This document shows, piece after piece, positions 9,112 through 17,130 of a DNA stretch of 32,000 bases; within the stretch, counting starts at the first letter, position 1; every line of letters starts with the position of its first letter. The notes under the pieces were generated by a model. The model saw only the letters and a list, made by a program, of their open reading frames with translations. It made no database searches and was not told the DNA's origin. Made by a program: the position numbers and the translations under genes. The stretch spans positions 1,890,001-1,922,000 of the forward strand of contig NZ_CP011304.1 in assembly GCF_000981785.2 (NCBI RefSeq), read 5' to 3'. This DNA is from Microcystis aeruginosa NIES-2549 (GTDB lineage: Bacteria > Cyanobacteriota > Cyanobacteriia > Cyanobacteriales > Microcystaceae).

Positions 9112-9514
9112 AATATTCCCGAAAAAAATCGATAATAAGGTGGGGACGGATTAAAGCCAGTTCTAAATCGAGGCCAATGGGGGGGATATTAGTTAGGGTA
9201 GCGCAATTAATCGCTAATTGCCAGATAATTTGGGCGTGGGCATGGGAGACATCAATGATAAGTTTAATATTATTTTCTTGACAAAAATCCTTAATTGTGC
9301 ATTAATCTAATTGTCCCACTTAAGGTCAATCGGGGTAGAGAGTAAAGTCTGGGGCTGCCCGTGCATTTAAATTGCCTGTTGAGATGAAACAAGAGGCAAC
9401 AGTAAAGGAATGGGGAGAGATTCAGCTAATCGGATAGGCGATTAAAATACCTCTTAGCTTAAAATCTCACACCCAGTCCCCACTAACAAACTTTTTCAGT
9501 ACACCCTATATATT

Positions 9515-9994
9515 TTATCGTTCACAACCGACAACAGAAGCGGTGTAGGTATTACCGATATGCTGAATACCATTGACAAAAAGATTGACTAAGAAAGGTT
9601 GATCATTTGCGCGTACTGTAGCAGTAATTGTTAAGGGTTTATCGGGTTCGATTCGTACTCCATTAGTATTAAAAAATTCCTCGTTAGTTTGATCGCTATA
9701 CTTGAGAAACAGCCGGATATCAAAGGAGGCAGCCCGGGGGACAGAAACCGTAACGATAAACCTCTGAAAACGTCTCCCCCCCGGCACTGCCCAATCGGTA
9801 TTCCAATTATTACGAGTTATCGTGACACCGAAAGGCCCTGGAACAGTGGGTTGTGAGACGCTTTTCGTAACTTCACTACCTTCACCCCCTAATAAAGAAA
9901 GTGGCCGACAATTTTGCGCCGCTGCCGGTAGATGTGAGCTTAATAATACCGCCGATAGACTTAATAAGCCAGTGATAGAGGTTAATTTCATCAT
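9515..9994 (-). CDS. Secreted hypothetical protein with a signal peptide
   Basis: MMKLTSITGLLSLSAVLLSSHLPAAAQ-NC... is a Sec-type signal peptide. The mature part is beta-rich, with Cys near both ends. The ATG at 9994 with a GGAG upstream is preferred over the track's TTG at 10009. Confidence 0.6.
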   Translation of the reverse strand: MMKLTSITGLLSLSAVLLSSHLPAAAQNCRPLSLLGGEGSEVTKSVSQPTVPGPFGVTITRNNWNTDWAVPGGRRFQRFIVTVSVPRAASFDIRLFLKYSDQTNEEFFNTNGVRIEPDKPLTITATVRANDQPFLVNLFVNGIQHIGNTYTASVVGCER

Positions 9995-10132
9995 TGATTT
10001 TGTCTCCAATTAATAGATAGAACACATCTAAAAATTATAGATGATCATGACGGTAAAAAAAGGCGATTTAACTTAATTGAGGTAAATTACCAGAAAAATG
10101 CCGATCATCAACCTTAATTTTCAAAAACGGGG

Positions 10133-11026
10133 TTAAAATTGATTCATAATTTCCATATAAATATGTTCTAACTGTACCGTCTGACGGGAGATAGAATCAA
10201 TATTAATGCCATCAAATGCCTGAATAATCTCGCTTAATTCTAGATGTTCATGTAACCAAAAAGCTAAATCTTTACCGTAAAATTTGGGAGTAAATCCTAA
10301 CTGTTTACCTCGATTTATGGCCGCTTCTTGATCCTGGGTATCCATGATAATAATTTCTTTCGCAGGAATGTGCTGACGCAGCTGATTTAAATTACCTTCG
10401 GCAATAATACGACCTTGTTTTAAAATGCCGATACGTTGACAGAGACGCTGTGCTTCATCGAGGAGATGGGTAGTTAATAAAATTGTCATTCCCTGTCGCC
10501 TTAATTCTCCGATTAAATCCCAAATTTCATAGCGAGATTCGATGTCTAAACCGGTAGTTGGTTCATCAAGAATTAATAATTTTGGCTGATGAACAATAGC
10601 CACAGCAATATTCATTCGCCGCTGCATTCCACCGCTTAAAGTTTCCACCGGACTACGGGCGCGATCAAGCAAATTTACTGCGGATAAACTGGCTTTAATC
10701 CGATGACGACGCTGGGGGCGATCGAGTCCATAAATCTGAGCAAAAAAGTTGAGATTTTCCTCACAAGTAAGGGATTTGTACAATAAATTTTCTTGTGGGG
10801 CAACCCCAATTAATTCTTTAGTAACTCTAGAAATTGGCAAATAATTAAAGGTAATTTCTCCCGATGAGGGTTTTAATAAATTACAAATTAAGTTAATAGT
10901 GGTGGTTTTTCCCGCACCATTGGGACCGAGTAAACCGTAAATTTCCCCCGCTTCAATATGAAAGTTTAATTGATCTAATACTAAGCGTCTTCCGTAATTT
11001 TTTTTGACATTATTAATAGTCAGCAT
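10133..11026 (-). CDS. ABC transporter ATP-binding protein
   Basis: Walker A GPNGAGKTT, signature LSGGMQRR, Walker B LLILDEPTTGLD and an H-loop TTH. Confidence 0.92.
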   Translation of the reverse strand: MLTINNVKKNYGRRLVLDQLNFHIEAGEIYGLLGPNGAGKTTTINLICNLLKPSSGEITFNYLPISRVTKELIGVAPQENLLYKSLTCEENLNFFAQIYGLDRPQRRHRIKASLSAVNLLDRARSPVETLSGGMQRRMNIAVAIVHQPKLLILDEPTTGLDIESRYEIWDLIGELRRQGMTILLTTHLLDEAQRLCQRIGILKQGRIIAEGNLNQLRQHIPAKEIIIMDTQDQEAAINRGKQLGFTPKFYGKDLAFWLHEHLELSEIIQAFDGINIDSISRQTVQLEHIYMEIMNQF

Positions 11027-11147
11027 TTTTAATAAAGTAACGAGGATAGTCAGGATTTTTTAAGCCATCATCCGTCAGCTAGGTAATAGTAAGAATAACA
11101 GGGAAATTGGCTAATTATACTGAAAAATAGGAAGCTGAATAACTGAT

Positions 11148-11212
11148 GGTGGGTTACGGCGAATAGATAAATTAATGATTAAGTCTGATAATTTGTCTCC
11201 GCCTAACCCACC
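11148..11212. repeat. MITE-like stem-loop element
   Basis: GGTGGGTTACGGCG (11148-11161) pairs with CGCCTAACCCACC (11200-11212) with one indel, around an AT-rich loop. Confidence 0.6.
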
Positions 11213-11220
11213 CTACCTAA

Positions 11221-11251
11221 CTGATAACTGATCACTGATAACTGATCACTG
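11221..11251. repeat. Heptamer array (CTGATAA/CTGATCA), about 4.5 copies
   Basis: ctgataactgatcactgataactgatcactga, read directly. Confidence 0.85.
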
Positions 11252-11253
11252 AT

Positions 11254-12027
11254 TTACAGTCGGCGTTCAAGGTTTAACATTTGTCGATAGGTAAGCCAAC
11301 CACCTGCTACCATAGCTAGAGCAAAAAGACAGAGAAAGCGAAAATGAGAGCTAATATCTTGTAGATTTTTGCCCTTTGCCCAAACAGCAATTAAAGCTTC
11401 ATTCATGTGGTAGATCGGGTTATATTTAGCCAGAGATAGAATATTGTCGGGGAATAAAGCAGTCGGAAGAAAAACGCCGCCTAAAATTAATAAAGGAACA
11501 CCAAAAGTTCCCACCAAGGCATTAACATCTTCCGTTCTTTTCGCCAGTTGAGTACCGAGGATAAATCCTAAACCCACATAGGCGGTGATACTAAGAAAAA
11601 TAATTAATAATTCTAGAGGAATTGAGCCTTTAAAAGTGGCTCCATACTGTTTAGCAATAGAATAAACTAAAATTGTCTGACAGGCGGCAATCGCACAATG
11701 GGCGAGAAAAATGCCAATAAAATAGGAAACACCGCTTAAAGGCGATAAAAATAACCGTTTAATCGTTTGTTGTTCCCTTTCTGCTACTACCGTTGCCACG
11801 GTTCCCCCTAAACAACTAAAGAAAAGTGCCGCCCCGACGAGGGTGGGAGGAGTAGCCAGAGCCATTGCCTCGGCAAGCTCAATTTTGCCTTTTTCTGCCA
11901 TAATATAGCCATTTAAGAGCAGGACAAGGATCGGGAAAATGCCCCAGAGGATTAAGCTACGCCCGCGTCGGATTAATTCTACTAAAATTCGTTGAGCGAT
12001 CGCTAAAATTTCCTGCCAATATTTCAT
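11254..12027 (-). CDS. ABC-2-type transporter permease
   Basis: 257 aa with about 6 hydrophobic helices, directly upstream of the ABC ATPase on the same strand. Confidence 0.85.
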   Translation of the reverse strand: MKYWQEILAIAQRILVELIRRGRSLILWGIFPILVLLLNGYIMAEKGKIELAEAMALATPPTLVGAALFFSCLGGTVATVVAEREQQTIKRLFLSPLSGVSYFIGIFLAHCAIAACQTILVYSIAKQYGATFKGSIPLELLIIFLSITAYVGLGFILGTQLAKRTEDVNALVGTFGVPLLILGGVFLPTALFPDNILSLAKYNPIYHMNEALIAVWAKGKNLQDISSHFRFLCLFALAMVAGGWLTYRQMLNLERRL

Positions 12028-12029
12028 AG

Positions 12030-12260
12030 AATGTTAGTGTAATTGTTTCTCCCTGTAGAGAAATAAGTTTTTCTACTTTTGACTTAGGCTTATTTTGACA
12101 TACTCCCACCGTCAAGCTACGCTGTGACGGGGGATTCTTTCCACATCGCTGTTAGAAATTCCTTGTTCAACGAGACAGCTTAGATTTTCAATGTCTCCAT
12201 TAAAAACCCAGAGGTCGGACTCTCCCAAGGCGTTTGGGTCGGTTTCTGTTTGCCCAACAG
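12030..12260 (-). ncRNA. Predicted omega-RNA (reRNA) of the tnpB element; extent is approximate
   Basis: Inferred from what is known of TnpB systems, where the guide RNA is encoded across the tnpB 3' end and the right end of the IS. A hairpin CCGTCA-n10-TGACGG (12109-12130) spans the stop codon, and a second hairpin TTTCTC-n6-GAGAAA lies near 12045-12063. Confidence 0.3.
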
Positions 12261-13500
12261 TACCGTTGAGATGATTTCCCAAATATTTCAACCCTTTTTT
12301 CAGAATATTTATTGCTGCATTATGATCCCTATCTAAGACTGTTTTACAATTGAGGCATTGATGAGTTCTAGTGCTTAATGATTTTTGAACTCTCGTCCCA
12401 CAAACTGAACAATCTTGAGTCGTGAAATGGGGAGGAACAGCAATACAAACAATCCGATAAATCTTGGCAAAATAATTCAACCATTCAGTGAATTGATACC
12501 AAGAAGCATCGGAAATCGACTTGGCAAGCTTACGGTTTTTTACTAAGTTTCTTACCTTTAAAGCTTCATAGACTACCAAATCATTAGACTGGACTAACGC
12601 CAAAGCGTCTTTAATTGCTTTGTCTTTACGTTGTCTTGACACCTTAAGATGAAGCCTAGCCACTTTTATCCGTTGCTTGTGATAGTTGTTAGACTGTTTC
12701 TTTCCTTGACGAAATAGTTTTGATAATCGTCTTTGTGCTTTTTTCAGTCGTTTTTCTGACTTTCTTAAATAACGTGGATTCTCTACAGTATTACCTTGAG
12801 CGTCAGTATAAAACTCTTTTAACCCTAAGTCAATTCCTGTTATTTGTCCCGTTGGTTCATGGTATTCTTGCCGCTCTACGTCAATTAAAAACTGGCAATA
12901 ATAACCGTCAGCACGTCTAACAACTCTTACCCGTTTAATCTGTTGTTCTGAATAATAAACTAAGGTTTTCTGACTACACCATAAATCAAATTCTCCTGCT
13001 TTAAAACCATCAGTGAACTTGATTTTACGTCTATCATCAGATAGTTTGTAACCCGTTAGTTTATATTCAACCGAACGGCTATGCTTTTTGAACCGAGGAA
13101 AACCATTTTTCCCCGCTATCTTAGCATGACAATTCTGGTAAAACCTATTAATTGATTGCCAGGCTCTATCAGCAGCCGATTGACGAGCTTGAGAGTTTAA
13201 TTTATTAACCCAAGGTGTCTCTTTATTATTAGCTAGTACCGCACAAAGTTTTTGGAGATCATTGCGGGTTGTTCCTTTATTTTCTATCCAATAACGAACA
13301 CAAGAGTTACGGACAAACTGAGAAGTTCTGATAGCTTCATCAAGTTTCTGATATTGCTCTGGTGTTCCGTTTTTTAGCTTCGCTTCTACGACTAGCATTT
13401 AACAATCCACGACCATTGGATAAATTAAGTATAACACAGTTTACCCACAGAGGGTGGAATTAAACCGATGCTCTGGGGTTGATATTCTGGTCAGATTTCA
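12040..13500 (-). mobile_element. IS200/IS605-family element lacking tnpA (IS1341-type); ends not resolved
   Basis: tnpB is the only gene and no Y1 transposase lies nearby. The element must end within the 84 bp between the tnpB stop (12112) and the permease ATG (12027). Confidence 0.45.
12112..13398 (-). CDS. tnpB: TnpB (OrfB) RNA-guided endonuclease, IS200/IS605 family
   Basis: 428 aa. RuvC-I ITGIDLGLKEF, RuvC-II VVYEALKV, zinc finger CSVCG...HQCLNC, and RuvC-III DRDHNAAINI. All catalytic positions are present. Confidence 0.9.
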   Translation of the reverse strand: MLVVEAKLKNGTPEQYQKLDEAIRTSQFVRNSCVRYWIENKGTTRNDLQKLCAVLANNKETPWVNKLNSQARQSAADRAWQSINRFYQNCHAKIAGKNGFPRFKKHSRSVEYKLTGYKLSDDRRKIKFTDGFKAGEFDLWCSQKTLVYYSEQQIKRVRVVRRADGYYCQFLIDVERQEYHEPTGQITGIDLGLKEFYTDAQGNTVENPRYLRKSEKRLKKAQRRLSKLFRQGKKQSNNYHKQRIKVARLHLKVSRQRKDKAIKDALALVQSNDLVVYEALKVRNLVKNRKLAKSISDASWYQFTEWLNYFAKIYRIVCIAVPPHFTTQDCSVCGTRVQKSLSTRTHQCLNCKTVLDRDHNAAINILKKGLKYLGNHLNGTVGQTETDPNALGESDLWVFNGDIENLSCLVEQGISNSDVERIPRHSVA

Positions 13501-13537
13501 TCCCGCGCTAATTTTGGTGAATATCTTGTCGAAAAAT

Positions 13538-14185
13538 CTAGCGGGGGCATTCATCCGACATTTTAGGTAAGTGTTCCAGAGCTTGATCAGCACGCAATCT
13601 TACCACTATTTCCGCTTCTGTCTCCCGAATCTGCGCTAAAAGTTCCCGAATCGCCCCGCGAAATGCCGCCGCCGCAGTTCCTAATCCCTCTAATCCGACA
13701 ATCGCCGCATATCTAACCACCCACTCTGGATCCCCTTGCGAAAGTTTCTCCAGTGCCGCAAAAACAGCCTTCTGAGCCTCAGAAACCCGACTTTCCTCCA
13801 AATCAGACCAAATTATATTTCCTAAGCCTCTAGCCGCTCCTCGCCGCACGCTAAAGGAAAAATCACTCACCGCCGCCTCAAGCAATAAGTCCAATCCTCG
13901 CACATCGCCAATTCCCCCTAGGGCGCGGGTTGCCCAAGCTCTCGCCCCATAATTATAACCGTCTAGGTTGGCTAGTAAATAGGGGACCGCCGCTTTGCCG
14001 ATGGCGATTAAACCATCCACGGCTGCCACGGAGGCACCAGGGTTATTGTATCTCAGCACATCGGTGAGGGTGGGTATTGCCGCTTCACTTTTGGCGGCGG
14101 CTAAGTTTTCCACGGCTGTTAGTAACTCATTAGCTGAGTCGGCTTTTTCGACGGCAATAATTAAAGTCTCAACGGTGGGAAGCAT
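13538..14185 (-). CDS. cpcF: HEAT-repeat phycocyanobilin lyase subunit, CpcF-like
   Basis: 215 aa of HEAT/PBS-lyase repeats (...AVDGLIAIGKAAVPYL...ARAWATRALGGIGD...VRRGAARGLGNI...VRYAAIVGLEGLG). The size and its pairing with a CpcE-like gene on the same strand fit CpcF. Confidence 0.7.
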   Translation of the reverse strand: MLPTVETLIIAVEKADSANELLTAVENLAAAKSEAAIPTLTDVLRYNNPGASVAAVDGLIAIGKAAVPYLLANLDGYNYGARAWATRALGGIGDVRGLDLLLEAAVSDFSFSVRRGAARGLGNIIWSDLEESRVSEAQKAVFAALEKLSQGDPEWVVRYAAIVGLEGLGTAAAAFRGAIRELLAQIRETEAEIVVRLRADQALEHLPKMSDECPR

Positions 14186-14216
14186 TGTTTATCAGTAGAG
14201 GGGATGAGGGGTTGGG

Positions 14217-14251
14217 AATTATGAATTATGAATTATAAATTATAAATTATG
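14217..14251. repeat. Heptamer array (GAATTAT x3, AAATTAT x2)
   Basis: Read directly. Confidence 0.85.
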
Positions 14252-14333
14252 AAGTGGGAAGAATAAATAAAAATAATCTCCTGACGACTGATTCTTATCT
14301 CCTAACCCCACCAACAAACTCTTAAAGATAATT

Positions 14334-14627
14334 TTATCGCCAAACTTTTTTCTGTAAAATCTGACTAATTTCTTGGGGAAAAGGACAATCATCGGGAAAG
14401 TTAAAGGATTGATAATCGGGGTTATCTCGCAAGCTTTTTAAAGCCGTGGCATAGCAATCTAAAAATACTTGATCCCAGTAGGGTTTTAAACTAGGAGAAT
14501 CCCTCAAAAGTTCTTCTAGTTCCCGTTGACTGCGCCTAATAGTTTCTTGCCAACCTCGATAATCCTCAACGTAATCAGTATAGCAGAGTTTGAGGCAGTG
14601 TGTTGACTTCTGCCCAAACTTTCTATC
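14334..14627 (-). pseudogene. DUF29 gene, C-terminal fragment with no start codon
   Basis: The reverse frame reads ...HCLKLCYTDYVEDYRGWQETIRRSQRELEELLRDSPSLKPYWDQVFLDCYATALKSLRDNPDYQSFNFPDDCPFPQEISQILQKKVWR*, a typical DUF29 C-terminal half. No Met is present, and the fragment ends at the 13-bp junction repeat. Confidence 0.7.
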
Positions 14628-14734
14628 GTTCCAGATCAGCAGCAGCGAGTAACCTTCGCCATTGTACCAAAGACTTCACACCGTCCGCTACACTGGGGGG
14701 TGTATGCTGTTTACTAGGGCCGTGGGGAACTTAA

Positions 14735-14751
14735 AATCCCATTTTGGGATT
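14735..14751. promoter_or_regulatory. Candidate C-box-like operator palindrome upstream of the controller gene
   Basis: AATCCCA-ttt-TGGGATT has perfect 7-bp arms and lies 55 bp upstream of the C-gene ATG. Confidence 0.35.
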
Positions 14752-14805
14752 ATTCTAAAATAGGTTTATCTTGGAAATGCTAACTCCTGTGCTCATTAAA
14801 GCACG

Positions 14806-15069
14806 ATGAAATCTATTTTTAGCCCAGAGTACCATGTCTTTCGTCAATGCCTGATCGCCGCTCGTAAGGATGCGAATTTAACTCAAGCAGCCCTCGCTAA
14901 AGCCATCAAAAAGCCGCAATCTTTCGTTGCCAAATACGAAAATGGTGAAAGAAGATTAGATGTGGTTGAGTTCCTTCTGGTTAGTCGTGTAATCGGTGTA
15001 GATCCTTGCGAAATTTTAAAGCAAGTTGAGCAAGCTTGTCAGTCCACATCTTGTGGGGAAGGGTTATGA
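14806..15069 (+). CDS. XRE-family HTH protein, likely the restriction-modification controller (C) protein
   Basis: 87 aa. LTQAALAKAIKKPQSFVAKYENGERRLDVVEFLLVSRVIGVDP is a Cro/CI-type HTH. Its stop overlaps the REase start (ATGA at 15066-15069). Confidence 0.75.
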   Translation: MKSIFSPEYHVFRQCLIAARKDANLTQAALAKAIKKPQSFVAKYENGERRLDVVEFLLVSRVIGVDPCEILKQVEQACQSTSCGEGL

Positions 15070-15983
15070 ATACAGAAGATGTTATTAGCCTGGCATCGCA
15101 ATATCTAGATGATTTGTCTGGACATAGATTTGACCTATTAGACATTGCTAGACCAATATCGGTTGCTGCAGCAGTTAATTTAGCCAAAGTAATTTCAAAG
15201 CTATCACCACTATTGGGAAATCTGATTGAATTTAACACTGTTGAGTTTTTGAATAAGCAGGAAATATTTGCGCCGTTTGGTGAATGGAAAAGGCAAGATC
15301 CAGGATTTCCTGATACTGTCTTCATGGGTAGCATCCAGCCTACCCCGGGATTAGAAATAAAAGCATGGTTCCCATTAGCTACTGAAATAACAGCCCGTTT
15401 CAAAGATAGTCAAAATCATTTTCAGTTTGATCAAACCTAAGTTTCTCTAATAGCTTGGCTGCCTGAAGCGGTAATTTATGGCAAACCCAAGATTCTAGAT
15501 GTATGCGTTGTCTCTGGCTTTTCAGTGGCTAAAGCGAGAGATGATCATTATCATAATCCTCCTGATTACCTTGTTCTAGAACCCGAAGATACAACCCAAA
15601 GGAGAGCAAATTTGCAACAAACAAATACTAATGGATACAAATTTCAAGGGACGGACGAAGAACTATTTCAAGCTGAAGAAATAGTTAATTCTTGGGGAAA
15701 TGATGGCAGGCTTTATAAGCCGACACAAGAGTATCAAATGCTCTTGCGGGAACTGATCACTCGCTTCAAATATAGATTAGACACTAATTTTGCCAAAATG
15801 GACAGGATTTTACATCCAGGAATTGAGGATTTTAAAAAGCGTGTTTATCGAACACAGTTCTCTGGAATGAAAGTTGGACAGTGGAACAGGCTTTTAGCTA
15901 GTCGTCGAGAGGAGTTAATTAAATCTGCTTTAAGAGAACACCTTGGCATTAAAGAAGGGAACATTGATGAACTACTTGACTAA
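15066..15983 (+). pseudogene. Type II restriction endonuclease (PD-(D/E)xK) interrupted by a single in-frame TAA at 15438-15440
   Basis: Track ORFs 15036..15440 and 15525..15983 are in the same frame, and the only stop between them is the TAA at 15438-15440 (codons 15441-15524 are open). The N-terminal part carries FPD-x14-LEIKAW, a PD...ExK nuclease motif. Confidence 0.65.
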
Positions 15984-17037
15984 ACCTTTTGACTCCATAA
16001 TAGAAATAAGTTTCGTCAATTTCACAAGCGAAAGCTTTTCGATTCAGGATATTGGCGGCTAAAGAGGCACTGAAAAGCCCCCCAAATGGTTCCCAAACCA
16101 CATCCTGTTCCTCACTTGAAGCTGCAATAATTAATTTCATCAGATCCAGTGGCTTTTGATTTAAGTGAACAGCTTTACCATCCTTAGACTTAATTCGTTC
16201 ATCATCGCGCAAAGCTGAACGATCCCAAACATTTGTAAAACCATGAGGGCAATTAAATTTAGAGCGCATCTTCTCCCACTCTTTACCTGTTAAAGGACGC
16301 TGGCCATTTTTAGAAAAATAGGGTTTTCCCTCTGGGTTTCCGTGTTCGTTGGCATAGAAAACTAATTTTTCAAACATTTCGGGTGGGGGAAAATACCATA
16401 AATGTCCTTGATCAAAATATTTTCTTGTTGCCGCATCTGCGACACCACAAGCTAAATTAGCTTGACGCAAAGGTAAGCCCGATCTTAACCATTCCTTTCG
16501 GAGCCATTCTTTAATTGTTAAGTCAGCAATTTTGACTTCTCTAACGTATTGGACGCAAACCTCTGTCACCACTGGAAAACGCCTTATTTTTTCTGTGTTG
16601 ACATTACCTGCAATATGACCTTTTCCTTTATTCCATATATTACAATTAACATATCGCCAGCCAAATTTCTCAAGTATTGGATGTACCACAGCCCAGCCAA
16701 TTTCTGAGTTCCAAAACCAAAGAGTTGTATTTGGCAAGGCCAACTTAGACCAAGCTTCCACATGAGGTTCATACCATTCAGGTAGGTCAAGATGATCTGA
16801 TGTATCACCTTCAAATCCTAAAAGACCGTAGCCTCCGTCTGAGATTATTACTATAGGTTGTTCCCAAGAATCATAATGTTCAATGCTATTACCAAGACTC
16901 AGACTAACACTGCTGTTATTCCAAGCTGAAAAAGCTAGTTTCTCAGTAAGTTGGACAGTTTTGCCACGCCCAACAGTGCTTGTTGCTTTATTCTTCTTTA
17001 TACTTGGCAGACGATGGGAAGGCTCAGGTATATCCAT
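15949..17037 (-). CDS. Beta-class N4/N6 DNA methyltransferase (N6_N4_Mtase-like)
   Basis: The C-terminus HLNQKPLDLMKLIIAASSEEQDVVWEPFGGLFSASLAANILNRKAFACEID matches the HxxQKP...DPFxGS SAM-binding region of beta-class MTases. An N-terminal beta-strand IVIISDGGYG sits where the (D/S)PPY motif is expected. The gene converges on the REase gene and overlaps its 3' end by 35 bp. Confidence 0.8.
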   Translation of the reverse strand: MDIPEPSHRLPSIKKNKATSTVGRGKTVQLTEKLAFSAWNNSSVSLSLGNSIEHYDSWEQPIVIISDGGYGLLGFEGDTSDHLDLPEWYEPHVEAWSKLALPNTTLWFWNSEIGWAVVHPILEKFGWRYVNCNIWNKGKGHIAGNVNTEKIRRFPVVTEVCVQYVREVKIADLTIKEWLRKEWLRSGLPLRQANLACGVADAATRKYFDQGHLWYFPPPEMFEKLVFYANEHGNPEGKPYFSKNGQRPLTGKEWEKMRSKFNCPHGFTNVWDRSALRDDERIKSKDGKAVHLNQKPLDLMKLIIAASSEEQDVVWEPFGGLFSASLAANILNRKAFACEIDETYFYYGVKRFSQVVHQCSLL

Positions 17038-17130
17038 GGATTTTTTTATCGTCTTATAAACAGTATGAATATCAATACTCTATCCTGTTTTAGGATATTT
17101 GGCTACCCCATAAACCAATGACCTAGAAAG

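Noticed and set aside
15549-15563. NPPDY in the REase C-terminal half, which resembles methyltransferase motif IV (NPPY)
   Set aside because: The extra residue breaks the motif, and the ORF has no SAM-binding FxGxG region. It is most likely coincidental.
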